Position numbers and translations under genes: made by a program. Shown piece by piece: positions 10,201-18,960 of a stretch of DNA of 64,000 nt (position 1 is its first letter; each line of letters begins with the position of its first letter). Source of the stretch: an uncultured bacterium (lineage in GTDB: Bacteria; Margulisbacteria; WOR-1; CAZGTC01); the NCBI GenBank assembly GCA_964528395.1, contig CAZGTC010000005.1:80840-144839 (forward strand), written 5' to 3'. The notes beneath the pieces are model-generated. The model was not told where the DNA came from and ran no database searches. It worked only from the letters and a program-made list of their open reading frames with translations.

Positions 10201-10399
10201 TTATTATGTAAAAAAAGATGGTTGCTTGAATATAGTTGCAATCGGCAATTTGGAAGAACTATTTGTTGCTGATGATGAAATAAAGGCCTGGATTATTAAT
10301 CTTTTGAAAGCAAAAGAGCTGAAAGTTACAGAATTGGCAGCGCTTAAATTAAAATCATGGGGAATAAATAATCTTAAGCAAATGGTGAAAGAATGGTGA
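7226..10399 (+). CDS. HEAT-repeat protein with putative gluzincin metallopeptidase domain
   Basis: N-terminal HEAT-like repeats; Pro-rich linker; HEIMH (9161-9175) followed by FFEGVTE. Confidence 0.75.
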   Translation: MYINFLLDCFPLLSSPVLIRTEISEEKKQLLWKLKWEASPEERVRIAETLGELKDDNAAIIQGLANASLGVSWRVNYKALEALATINTSKSISKLLQRIGSYVVSANFASLVEVLNNPKSTLPQRLSALINLGRIRDRRAVKILCDILLNRKECWQMQAVAAEALAEFGFEAVEALKKALENCCWRAKPYIVQSLGRIFLLHTLALKITKNPIYKDALQVKQICQNHKALAEGVVNVLIKAIRENNCVVGKYAAGALAMIKDEQGLPILLKVFRSADLNFRKHIAMLVLDNLKQHSFVTGFALFSKQIFENMELEEKGFLISIAREIYGSEKGHLAGFYQIYQVSPPPPQPQVYPASAPKKAVIVKKQTKEKSPLEIKKGQLLRSLQEGLTKLNFQVAAYEKNRSIPVQLFHSFKAAIAQFKLRWLNKINAEINSGLNFASLTKEIRQNVEGLSNLLKQQYVNVYQKTKMYSIEDKESVCMRVAGCYGLKKIKFPTPGLEARWQKWWKLYRNSMYREINKTIARYDIDKKIWLNKAKPEEKLALYYSFQKYRTFLERAKKDLPAIVKTLFLALKFDGNYEVLKDLLFERIFPRLEIHQKLSYKNAAGLYYIGSKKYLGRNVRQGTIKLKQKSTCESYNLFSDVNVHEIMHSLPDRGVNYKKEAYNLFFEGVTEFLHQVLNQYFYLPKYVAYASEVVLVYAASLFDFKAVVDYYRGANAIKWMHLANKLFLNYPVLKTVFLSLEPKIKSEDSAKRKKAAIAIIKERFQELKPEKIVSLISRPYLPYDLPFWMGNFYKFLISEKTIPDINKRRNVAYLLLKAFVRLEKYYVISEKSIIYLTGLLSLKQKQQLFGDFSRQLLFDSANHDIRYFYPIYALAYDMKDLRYYIRGFNLLIKALDKLNFCTSVNLNINPFSVVAQLAQRIFEKNSDFSFFRVAWEKISHKLEETPGEYLKGGDYQVLKDLLNNFKDEEKEEKAKKFRLLVEKKIREYLDYYVKKDGCLNIVAIGNLEELFVADDEIKAWIINLLKAKELKVTELAALKLKSWGINNLKQMVKEW

Positions 10400-10408
10400 G
10401 GTAATTTT

Positions 10409-11722
10409 ATGAGTAGTTATATACCAGGAATATCTTCTAAACCAATAAAAGTTGCCCGGGCAGATATTGATCCCCGCTGGCAGCAGGCTAAAGAATTGCT
10501 GAATAAACTCTTTAGGGAAGGCGCTATAAACAAAACTATATATAATTTGTTGTTGAATAAAATTGAAAAAAGAGAGTGGGGCCTTGAGCAGATTCAAAAT
10601 CTGGAAAAACTTTATCGGTTATATGTTCTGGTAAAAGCCTGGTTCCAAAACAATGGGCAAGCATTAATTAATTATTATGAAAGCAATTTTTCTTCCCCAA
10701 CGGCTAAAAGTATAAAATTGCCAGTAGTTTTTATGCGAGAAGCTAGAAGATACCTAATGCCAAGCGAGGTTGGGCTTAGCCGATTAAAAACTAAAATTGG
10801 CGCATTGACGCAGGCATTAAATTCTGTTGGGTTTAAAAATGCCAACGAAAACTATTTGAAATTCGGCAAATATCTTTTGGATAAGTCGGGCATTGATTGG
10901 CTGCAATACTCAATGGAAAAAATCCTGGGTATTCTAAGGCAAAATTGCCAAATAATTTTTCCCAAGTACCAAAGCCTAAAGCATCGTTACCCGATAACCT
11001 TTGCCTGTAATTTCCAAAAACCCGGCCAATTCAGGACCGACCGGATTTTGTGGAAGCCGTGGGCAGGCTACGACCTTTCCACCGGGGCAAAGAGAAGAGA
11101 GTTTTTGAAAAATAATCTTTGGGGCGAATTATTATTTATGCATATTATAACAACCCCGGAGAAATTCGGCATTACAAAAGATGATCCAGCGTATGCGGAT
11201 GTTGCCATGCTGATGCGGCACCGTTTTAGCCGTCTTTTGCAGGATTTAGCAAAGAGAAAAAAAGCAATTTTATATAGGGATGTTTGGCATATTACAAGCT
11301 ATTATCAAACAACCCCTTGGCCGCAGTGGTTTAAGGATATCTGGGAAGTCTTTTTAAGAAATCATCCTTTTATTAATCTTGGGCATAAGGTAATGGCGAT
11401 CTTGAAAGAAAAAGGATTGCCTTTGGAACTCTACGACTTTGACAGCCTTTTCAAGGTCAACCAAGCCTTGCGGCGTTTTGGGGCAGATTATTCTGCTCGG
11501 CCAGAAAAAAGGGGGACAATCGTTTTTTCAATTGCCCGACTGATACATTATCGCTCCCATTTGAGAATAAAACTTTTGCTTCCAAAGGCATTGCAAAAAG
11601 AATTCCTTTTTCTCTTGGGCCAGAAACTGCGCGAGTTGGGAATAAACGATATAAACATTTTAACTATTTTTAGTAAAATGACTAGAAGTAAAAATCAGGC
11701 AATTGTTTTTGAGGTATTCTAG
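10409..11722 (+). CDS. hypothetical protein
   Basis: 437 aa ORF, RBS GAGG, 9 nt after the previous gene; no family recognised. Confidence 0.75.
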   Translation: MSSYIPGISSKPIKVARADIDPRWQQAKELLNKLFREGAINKTIYNLLLNKIEKREWGLEQIQNLEKLYRLYVLVKAWFQNNGQALINYYESNFSSPTAKSIKLPVVFMREARRYLMPSEVGLSRLKTKIGALTQALNSVGFKNANENYLKFGKYLLDKSGIDWLQYSMEKILGILRQNCQIIFPKYQSLKHRYPITFACNFQKPGQFRTDRILWKPWAGYDLSTGAKRREFLKNNLWGELLFMHIITTPEKFGITKDDPAYADVAMLMRHRFSRLLQDLAKRKKAILYRDVWHITSYYQTTPWPQWFKDIWEVFLRNHPFINLGHKVMAILKEKGLPLELYDFDSLFKVNQALRRFGADYSARPEKRGTIVFSIARLIHYRSHLRIKLLLPKALQKEFLFLLGQKLRELGINDINILTIFSKMTRSKNQAIVFEVF

Positions 11723-11774
11723 GTTTTTAGCAGTATAATTTCATTAATGTATTATTTTTGAAAAGGAGAAAAAA

Positions 11775-12314
11775 GTGGGAATAATATCTACATCAAACTA
11801 TCATTGTTTTCTCGAAGGGCCAAGGCATCGGATCGCGATTCCGTGGACGGCAAACCTTGAACAGAGATTAAAACCAATTTATTCAGGGCATCCCCAAGAG
11901 AAACTATGCAAAGATTTGTTGATGATAAGTGAAAATATTAAAGAATTAAAAAAAGAACGGGAAGCAACGGATATCTGGTCCTGGTTAGTGCGTTGGTTTA
12001 CTAGAGGAAAATATGTTTATATTCCCGAAAAATGCCAATGCAAGCCCCGGCCTATTTATCGCCATTCTTTGCCGCCAGAAAAACAACCGTCTCGAAAAAG
12101 ACAAGCCCCACAAGTAAAGATAGAACAAACCCCTGCGGTTGTTGTTCCTCCTACTCCTAAAAAAAAGATAGATCCCAAAGTTATTCGTCAATGTACGCAG
12201 GATGAATTTCTAAGGAAAAGAAGTGCGGATAACGCCCAGGCAAAGCAATGTATAAAGGAATGTAATGGAAAGTCCGGTGCAAAGCTAGGGAATTGTACTG
12301 CTAGATTTTGGTGA
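11775..12314 (+). CDS. Cys-containing orphan protein with YSGHPQ domain
   Basis: GTG start, AGGAG RBS; shares an about 78 aa domain with 20159-20815. Confidence 0.75.
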   Translation: MGIISTSNYHCFLEGPRHRIAIPWTANLEQRLKPIYSGHPQEKLCKDLLMISENIKELKKEREATDIWSWLVRWFTRGKYVYIPEKCQCKPRPIYRHSLPPEKQPSRKRQAPQVKIEQTPAVVVPPTPKKKIDPKVIRQCTQDEFLRKRSADNAQAKQCIKECNGKSGAKLGNCTARFW

Positions 12315-12339
12315 TTATTACTATAGAGGAGTTAAAAAA

Positions 12340-15300
12340 ATGGGAATGAAAGTAGAAAGAAATAATGTTCAGCATCCGCGAGGGGCTCCAAATGGAGTAG
12401 GGAGAGCAGGACAACCTTTTAACCTTCAAAAAGGTTCTTCTGCCGGAGGAATTCAAGCTTTTAGGCCGATGGTTGAAGAGAGATTAAATAAACACCCCCA
12501 TTTACAATCTTTTGATATTCTGGGAAAAATCGAAAGAATTGAAGCAGTCTTAAAAGAAGACGGCTTAAAAATAGATGTATTCGGAATTTTTGAAAAAATC
12601 CTTACTTTTTATAATCCAAATTTAGAAGGTATTGAATTAGAAGGAAAAATTGTTGCAATTGTTGATGAGGCATTATCTAATTTAAGCAATAAGGAAGATA
12701 TTTGGAAAAAATTATTGGTTTTTGATGTTCCGGGAGAGGAAACGTTTTTCCCCTTAGCAACAATGGTTCAAGTAGCGCATTTGATTTTTTTGCATAAAGA
12801 AAGCAAAGCTGGCAATCTTCCTATAACTTCTCCTTTGCAGAGCGGCCAAAATATAAAGATACTATTAGAAACATTGAGCCCTAAATCGGAAATCTATAAT
12901 TTTTATCGAATAGCAAAAGAAAAAAAATTGATTGGAACGAATCAAGCTGAAATAGAACAATTTGTAGGTAAAAATTTTGTAATCGCGGGAGAAAAAATAA
13001 AAGGGCAATGGGAAGCTCTTTATGCCACTAATCGAGAAAATGAAATTAATGACCCATTAGGGCACTTGGGTTATTTAAGTGAATTGTGGCAAAGAAGAAT
13101 TGGAACAGAAGAAGAATTAAAACTTATTGTTAAGGCTTTATGCCAGTCTGTTGGGGTTCCGTTTAGTGATGCAGCTAGTAAAAACTTTAACCCTACAGTA
13201 ATTAATTCTTCGGAGGAATTAGAAACGTTTAGGAAAAAAGAGAGAGAGATTCCTCTTTTGTCTAATGTTTTATCTGTTTGGAATTTTTCAAAAGATTCAA
13301 GAAATACATTAGTTTGTAATGATCGTAGTTTGTTTCGAAATAATTTATCTGCCCCAAAGGGTATGTGGAGAGAAAGCGATGAGGGGGTATCTTTAGAAGG
13401 AGACGCTTATTTGGAAGCTCCAATGACCGCTTCCTTGAAGAGCTTAGGCGGTCAATTTTCTTTTTCTGCCAGGATAAAGCCAGCAAATTCAGATAAATGG
13501 CGTGATTTATTGGTTACTTGTCAAAATGGAAAAACAGTGATTCTGCTGGATGGTAAAGAAACAGGCACAACTGATGTGTCTTATGTACAACTTGGAGAAG
13601 AAAAATTACAGCTTTTTAAGGGGTTTAAAGGGGTCATTGAAAACGGGTTCTCTCTCTGGTATACGGTCATGTCCCCAGAAAAAATAAAGGAAGAACAAGA
13701 GAAACAAAAAAAGGAATCATTGCAAGCAAGCTCACCGATAGTTTTCCCTCCAGTACAGAATATGAATATTTCAAGAGTTGTAGATCCAGCTCCTAAAGTT
13801 TCTGCGATGCGAGAAATTAAAGAAACTGATAAAAACCATAATGCGGGTTTAGAGCTATGGAATAAATATCTTAAATATCAAGAATATGCTGCAAAGTTAG
13901 AACGAAATCAATTGAAAAGAGCAGCAAAAATTGGTCTTTGGTTTGGAGTCCCAACTCCGCTGGTTGTTCAAACTGCAATTAAAACATGGCTAATGCTAAA
14001 TTCTGTCGAATATTTTGGAAGCTTGGGTTTTCCTATTTTTGAACTAGGGGCTGGAGTGGTAATTTTTTCCTTAGCATTTAGCATATCTTATTTTGTGAAT
14101 AAATTAATCATGAGATCAACAGAAAAGGGGTTGGGTCTTCTTGGGAAAAAAGCCGAAGATGAAAAGATGGAAAAGTTTTTGGGAATTATAAAGGGATGGT
14201 CTCAAACTGATCCGGAAAGATTTAAGGTAGCGCAAGCATTCATTACAAAGGCTGAAACTTCAGCACAAGTAGATTGGGTAATAAATTGTGTTCTTAGTGC
14301 TAAAGAAGATGAACCCCTGATGCGCTTATCTCAAGCTAGTAATGACTTAATGCAAGGTTATGCTGTTCGTGATGGGGTTTTAAGAAGAGAGGCTCCTGCT
14401 GAACTTAAAGAAAAATTGAGCAATATTCAGAAAGAGATAAAACTATTGCCATCATCAATGAGAGATTTATCTTGTGCAGAAGAAGTAAAATATGCAAAAC
14501 AAATAGCCGACTTGCAAAATAGGCTGAATAAATTATCAGAAGAGCGCGACAACAATTTTAAAAAAGATCGAGAAGATTTGCCAGTCTTGCTTGGAGAAAT
14601 AAAAATATTTTGGCAGGTTATAAAAAAGATTTCAACAGAGGGAAAAAATGAAACAGAAAAATTGGGAGATTGTTTTGGCCACCTGTGGAAGCAAATAAAT
14701 GATATTTTATGTGAACAAAATATAAGCAAAACAGGGACGATTATTTGGGAGGAATCACCGTCAATCCCAAGAGAAGATAAGCCCTTAACAGAAGAATCTT
14801 TGGAAAAGAGATTTTTTGATGCTATCAATAGAGTACAGCAGAAAACGGATTTTTTTAGGGCGAGCATTAATTTGTCAAAGAAGGAGTTAGAAGAAAAGCA
14901 GGGGTCAATTTTAGAGAGTGCTCTTACTGAAGCAGATTTTGTTGCTCTTCCCATAAAACTTCAAGGGTTTGCTCGTAACTTGATAAGCGACATATTGGCA
15001 AGCAATTTAATTTTTACCCCTCCTTCAACAGACTCTGAAGAATGGGAGGACGTTGGAGGATATAAGGTTTGTAAATTAGGGGCAGGGGGATTTGCAGATA
15101 TATATCTTACGCAAGACCAAAAAAAGATTCTAAAAATCTTAAAGCTTCAATATTTATATAGTGAAGAATCGCGCCGTTTAGTGAGAGAAGCACTAGCACA
15201 ACAACTCGTTGTACATCCTAATATTGCGAAAGTTTATGGGAGGGATGAAAAAAATGGTTGGCTAATAACAGAATATGTTAAAGGGATTACTCTTGAGGAA

Positions 15301-15915
15301 TGGATGCAGACAAACGAAAAAGGATTAACAATTATACGAGCTTTGGCTATTTTATTCCAGATTGCCGATGGATTGGAAGCAGCTTTAGTAGAAGGAGTTT
15401 TTCATCGGGATATTTCTTCTCGTAATATTATGTTAAGCGTGGAAAACCCAGCGGAACTTGTAAAAATACTTGATTTTGGAATGTGTAAATTTTTTGAAGG
15501 AGGACCGGCTTATGAAGAAGCTGCGTCAAACCCCAGGCTAAATACAGCATCAGCTCAATTTTCTAAAATGTCAGGAGGAACCCTTGATTATATTGCGCCA
15601 GAACAAGCTATAACATCTTTACAAGAGAAAGGGAAACTTAACTTTAAAGTTGATCTGTTTGCTTTGGGAGTATTATTATATCGAATGTTAACTGGTAATT
15701 TGCCTTTTAATTATGAAAATAAAGGGGTTGAACCACGTGTCCAACATGGAATAGCTTGGTTAGACGAGCAGGTAAATCCAGACTTAACAAATATTCCAGA
15801 AAAAATTCATTCCTTATTGGAGAGATTATTAAAACGAAATCCTCTAGACCGTTATGATGATTACCAAGAATTAAAAGAAGATATACTTAAAATTGCACGG
15901 TTCTATGTAATTTAG
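12340..15915 (+). CDS. Hanks-type Ser/Thr protein kinase (C-terminal), with LamG-like segment and two hydrophobic segments
   Basis: LGAGGFADIY, ILKIL, HPNIAKVY, HRDISSRN, VKILDFG, GTLDYIAPE, DLFALGVLLY from about nt 15061. Confidence 0.9.
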   Translation: MGMKVERNNVQHPRGAPNGVGRAGQPFNLQKGSSAGGIQAFRPMVEERLNKHPHLQSFDILGKIERIEAVLKEDGLKIDVFGIFEKILTFYNPNLEGIELEGKIVAIVDEALSNLSNKEDIWKKLLVFDVPGEETFFPLATMVQVAHLIFLHKESKAGNLPITSPLQSGQNIKILLETLSPKSEIYNFYRIAKEKKLIGTNQAEIEQFVGKNFVIAGEKIKGQWEALYATNRENEINDPLGHLGYLSELWQRRIGTEEELKLIVKALCQSVGVPFSDAASKNFNPTVINSSEELETFRKKEREIPLLSNVLSVWNFSKDSRNTLVCNDRSLFRNNLSAPKGMWRESDEGVSLEGDAYLEAPMTASLKSLGGQFSFSARIKPANSDKWRDLLVTCQNGKTVILLDGKETGTTDVSYVQLGEEKLQLFKGFKGVIENGFSLWYTVMSPEKIKEEQEKQKKESLQASSPIVFPPVQNMNISRVVDPAPKVSAMREIKETDKNHNAGLELWNKYLKYQEYAAKLERNQLKRAAKIGLWFGVPTPLVVQTAIKTWLMLNSVEYFGSLGFPIFELGAGVVIFSLAFSISYFVNKLIMRSTEKGLGLLGKKAEDEKMEKFLGIIKGWSQTDPERFKVAQAFITKAETSAQVDWVINCVLSAKEDEPLMRLSQASNDLMQGYAVRDGVLRREAPAELKEKLSNIQKEIKLLPSSMRDLSCAEEVKYAKQIADLQNRLNKLSEERDNNFKKDREDLPVLLGEIKIFWQVIKKISTEGKNETEKLGDCFGHLWKQINDILCEQNISKTGTIIWEESPSIPREDKPLTEESLEKRFFDAINRVQQKTDFFRASINLSKKELEEKQGSILESALTEADFVALPIKLQGFARNLISDILASNLIFTPPSTDSEEWEDVGGYKVCKLGAGGFADIYLTQDQKKILKILKLQYLYSEESRRLVREALAQQLVVHPNIAKVYGRDEKNGWLITEYVKGITLEEWMQTNEKGLTIIRALAILFQIADGLEAALVEGVFHRDISSRNIMLSVENPAELVKILDFGMCKFFEGGPAYEEAASNPRLNTASAQFSKMSGGTLDYIAPEQAITSLQEKGKLNFKVDLFALGVLLYRMLTGNLPFNYENKGVEPRVQHGIAWLDEQVNPDLTNIPEKIHSLLERLLKRNPLDRYDDYQELKEDILKIARFYVI

Positions 15916-15928
15916 GAGGTAAAAAAAT

Positions 15929-17275
15929 ATGTTTATTGCTCCGCTTTCTTTTGTCCACGGGTTATTCGAATCTAATTTATTGGTTAATGCGGGGAACCCT
16001 AGAAAACCGCGGGTTTCCAAGCGCTTATTGGATTTGTTAAAAAAAATGGAAAAAGAAAAGGATCCTGCAAAAAGAGAGTTTGCTTATCTGACCTTAAAGT
16101 CATTGCTAAAGCATTCTAGGGAAAAAAATAATATGGTGCTGGTTTTAATTAATAAATTAAATTCAAAGAAATCATTGATAGATGATAAAGACGACCATAG
16201 CTTTTGTGTTAGAGTCATTGATATATTAGGAGAAACAAGAGATAAAAGAGCAACCCCGATTTTATTAAGATGGTTTAAAAATTGTCCACAAATTGCTGAG
16301 TCTCCATATGGTTTTGAAAATTGTATTACAATTAAGAAGAATATTGCAAAAGTTTTGGGAAAAATAAAGGATCATCGAGCTGTGCCGGATTTGATAGCTA
16401 TTGGGCTAGGGCATCAAGATGGAGAAGTGAGAGAAGCTTCGGCTTGGGCTTTGGGAGAAATTAGGGATCCACGAGCAATAATATCTTTGGTTAAAATGCT
16501 TGAGAGAAGGGATTATTTGTGTAATCTTTATTTTTTTGACCTTGTTATCCGAGCTTTGGCGAAGATTAAAACGAGAGATACTATTCTTGCATTAATAGGT
16601 TGTTTTAAAAAGATAGAAAAGTGTCGCATTATTACTGTCACCATAAGAATAAAAATGATTGGCAGGCGGATCTACAAATCTCATCAAAATTCTTTAGAAA
16701 AAATTTTTTTAGAAATCGCGGATGAAAAAGTGGTGAAAATGTTGAAAAATGCGGCTAAGGATACTCTTCGCAGATCTGGGAATTGGGGAACAATTGCTAG
16801 AATTATCGAAGTTTTTAAGAAAGCGGTTAAGAAAATAATTGATATAAAATATAATCAATATAGGTCAATCATTGAGGCGGCTATAATCATCAATTCACGA
16901 TATTTAACCGCATCTCGCTATCAAAAACAACAAATAATTTCGCAGTTGAGAAGAAAAGTACCGCCAAGACTAATTTCTGTGCTCTTAAGACAGGGAGCCA
17001 GGGGCTTTAATATGCAAATGTTATTAATGCTTCCCCTGGATCTTCGCCAGAGCCTTATTGCTAAAAAGCAACGAGGCGGGCAAACGGTCAAAGTATTGAG
17101 AGCGGTTTTGGGCGAAATCGAAGCCAGCAAGAACAAAGAATATTCACGGCGCATCTGTGAATTACCCTCTAAGGATAAGGCTTTTTGCAATATTATAAAA
17201 GAACTTAAGCGGAGAAAAGCGGAAGGCTCTCCTGTTTATATAGGACAACCTTCTTCTCCATGGGATGTCAAATGA
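15929..17275 (+). CDS. HEAT-repeat protein
   Basis: LGETRDKRATPILL, LGKIKDHRAVPDLI, VREASAWALGEIRDPRAI. Confidence 0.85.
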   Translation: MFIAPLSFVHGLFESNLLVNAGNPRKPRVSKRLLDLLKKMEKEKDPAKREFAYLTLKSLLKHSREKNNMVLVLINKLNSKKSLIDDKDDHSFCVRVIDILGETRDKRATPILLRWFKNCPQIAESPYGFENCITIKKNIAKVLGKIKDHRAVPDLIAIGLGHQDGEVREASAWALGEIRDPRAIISLVKMLERRDYLCNLYFFDLVIRALAKIKTRDTILALIGCFKKIEKCRIITVTIRIKMIGRRIYKSHQNSLEKIFLEIADEKVVKMLKNAAKDTLRRSGNWGTIARIIEVFKKAVKKIIDIKYNQYRSIIEAAIIINSRYLTASRYQKQQIISQLRRKVPPRLISVLLRQGARGFNMQMLLMLPLDLRQSLIAKKQRGGQTVKVLRAVLGEIEASKNKEYSRRICELPSKDKAFCNIIKELKRRKAEGSPVYIGQPSSPWDVK

Positions 17276-17324
17276 TCTGGAGCGTCTAGATAGTATTATG
17301 CATCTAGTTTTTAGAAGGTAAAGT

Positions 17325-18947
17325 ATGGGAAGTTTTTTGATTAATTTGTATCCGAGATTGTCTGGCTATTTGTTGGCAAGCGGGATAGATTTTGCTCGAT
17401 TGAACTCTAAAGAATTAATTGAGAAATTAAATAATAGTTTGGATTGTCGCGAGCGGGCCAAAGCTGCAGAAGAATTAGGACGAAGAAATGAAACATCAGC
17501 TATCCTGCATTTAAGAAAGACAGCAGAAAATGATCCTAGTTTTGTAGTTCGATACCAAGCAAAAAGAGCATTAGCTGAATTAGCTAAAAGAGGCTCAAGC
17601 GAAGCAGCGGAAGCAATAGTTGGCGACGCACCGCTTGAAGTTTATGTAGGATCGCTTAGAGAAGGGAAAGTTACATATTCTATTCCTAACGTTTATTCAA
17701 AAATCAAATATTCAGAACTAATTGAATATTTAGGAAAACCCTTGAGCAATACTCCTTTTTCTGATTGGAGAAATCCCAATGATACAGGACTTGTTTCTAG
17801 CAAAGCAGCCCTTAAAATATTTGGAAACAAGGATAATTTTTGGAAGAAATTTTTTAGAGATACTAGCGCGGACGAGCTAGTTTTTAAGCCAGATACAACG
17901 GAAAAGACCTTTACGGGTTTTTATAATAAAGAGCAACGGAATAAATTTTATGTGCTCTGGCGCCGAATCCAGGAAGAAAGTAAATGGACAAATCGATTTT
18001 TAAGCCAACCCTATTTTGGCGGAAGTTTTTTCTATCGGGGTTTGGCGCGTTTCTTGCTTAATGGTGAGGAAGGAAGCATGCTTGATCCAGAAAAGGAATA
18101 TCAAGCTTTGGACTTACGGGGAAGCATGGAGAGAATTGGGCTTAATTTAGCAATAGATATGCGCGATTTTTATTTTCCTTTTATTGCTGGTTTTGGGGGA
18201 GCCTTTGATTTTCGTTTCAATTTTTTTACTGGTGATGTAAATGGTAGGGCAAAGGGAAAGGCGGATCTCGATGCTTATCCTCGATTATATCTAAGAAATA
18301 GAAATTGGTTGGCAGAAATAGGATTTTATACCAAATCTTGGGGCGAACAAGCATTTGGAGGAAAGGCCGCGATTTCTTTTTCGCTAGAGAATTTTTTTTC
18401 AAAGCTTTCAGTCGCATATTATAAAAAAAGGACTAACTCGGATTCTGGCTTCTTTGATATTCGATTAGACGGGGGATTAAAATTTGGAAAAAAACATGAT
18501 TTTTTCTTTTTATTTAATGGGATAATTTTTCATACTGCTTCAATTAGTGCTACCCTCTTTTTTCAAACTGGAATTGGATACCGTTACTTAGACTTTTTTT
18601 ACTCGTCTTTATATTTAGATTTTTCCGAATCTTATTTTTCTTACAAAATTCTTATGGGGAGCAGGCCGTTAAAATACTTTAGCGTGGAATTATTTCACCA
18701 GAATTTTCCTTATATTAAGCAGAATCTTTTTATTAGTAACGTTGTTTCTTTTGGTGCTTTGGTGTCCGCAGGTCTGGGAAAAGAATTTGAAGTATTTTTT
18801 GAATATAGATTTTGTAAAGCTGAAAAAGGAATGTTTGGAGATATTAATACCAGCGAACATTGGCTGGCGGCTGGGATCCGATGGGTGATTGCTGGAAAAA
18901 ATAATCCGCGCAATCCGATTTCAAGGTTAGAATATGTTAGTTATTAG
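17325..18947 (+). CDS. HEAT-repeat protein with aromatic-rich, beta-barrel-like C-terminal region
   Basis: RAKAAEELG...DPSFVVRYQAKRAL; C-terminal half of alternating aromatic/Gly strands. Confidence 0.7.
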   Translation: MGSFLINLYPRLSGYLLASGIDFARLNSKELIEKLNNSLDCRERAKAAEELGRRNETSAILHLRKTAENDPSFVVRYQAKRALAELAKRGSSEAAEAIVGDAPLEVYVGSLREGKVTYSIPNVYSKIKYSELIEYLGKPLSNTPFSDWRNPNDTGLVSSKAALKIFGNKDNFWKKFFRDTSADELVFKPDTTEKTFTGFYNKEQRNKFYVLWRRIQEESKWTNRFLSQPYFGGSFFYRGLARFLLNGEEGSMLDPEKEYQALDLRGSMERIGLNLAIDMRDFYFPFIAGFGGAFDFRFNFFTGDVNGRAKGKADLDAYPRLYLRNRNWLAEIGFYTKSWGEQAFGGKAAISFSLENFFSKLSVAYYKKRTNSDSGFFDIRLDGGLKFGKKHDFFFLFNGIIFHTASISATLFFQTGIGYRYLDFFYSSLYLDFSESYFSYKILMGSRPLKYFSVELFHQNFPYIKQNLFISNVVSFGALVSAGLGKEFEVFFEYRFCKAEKGMFGDINTSEHWLAAGIRWVIAGKNNPRNPISRLEYVSY

Positions 18948-18960
18948 GAGCTAAATTATT

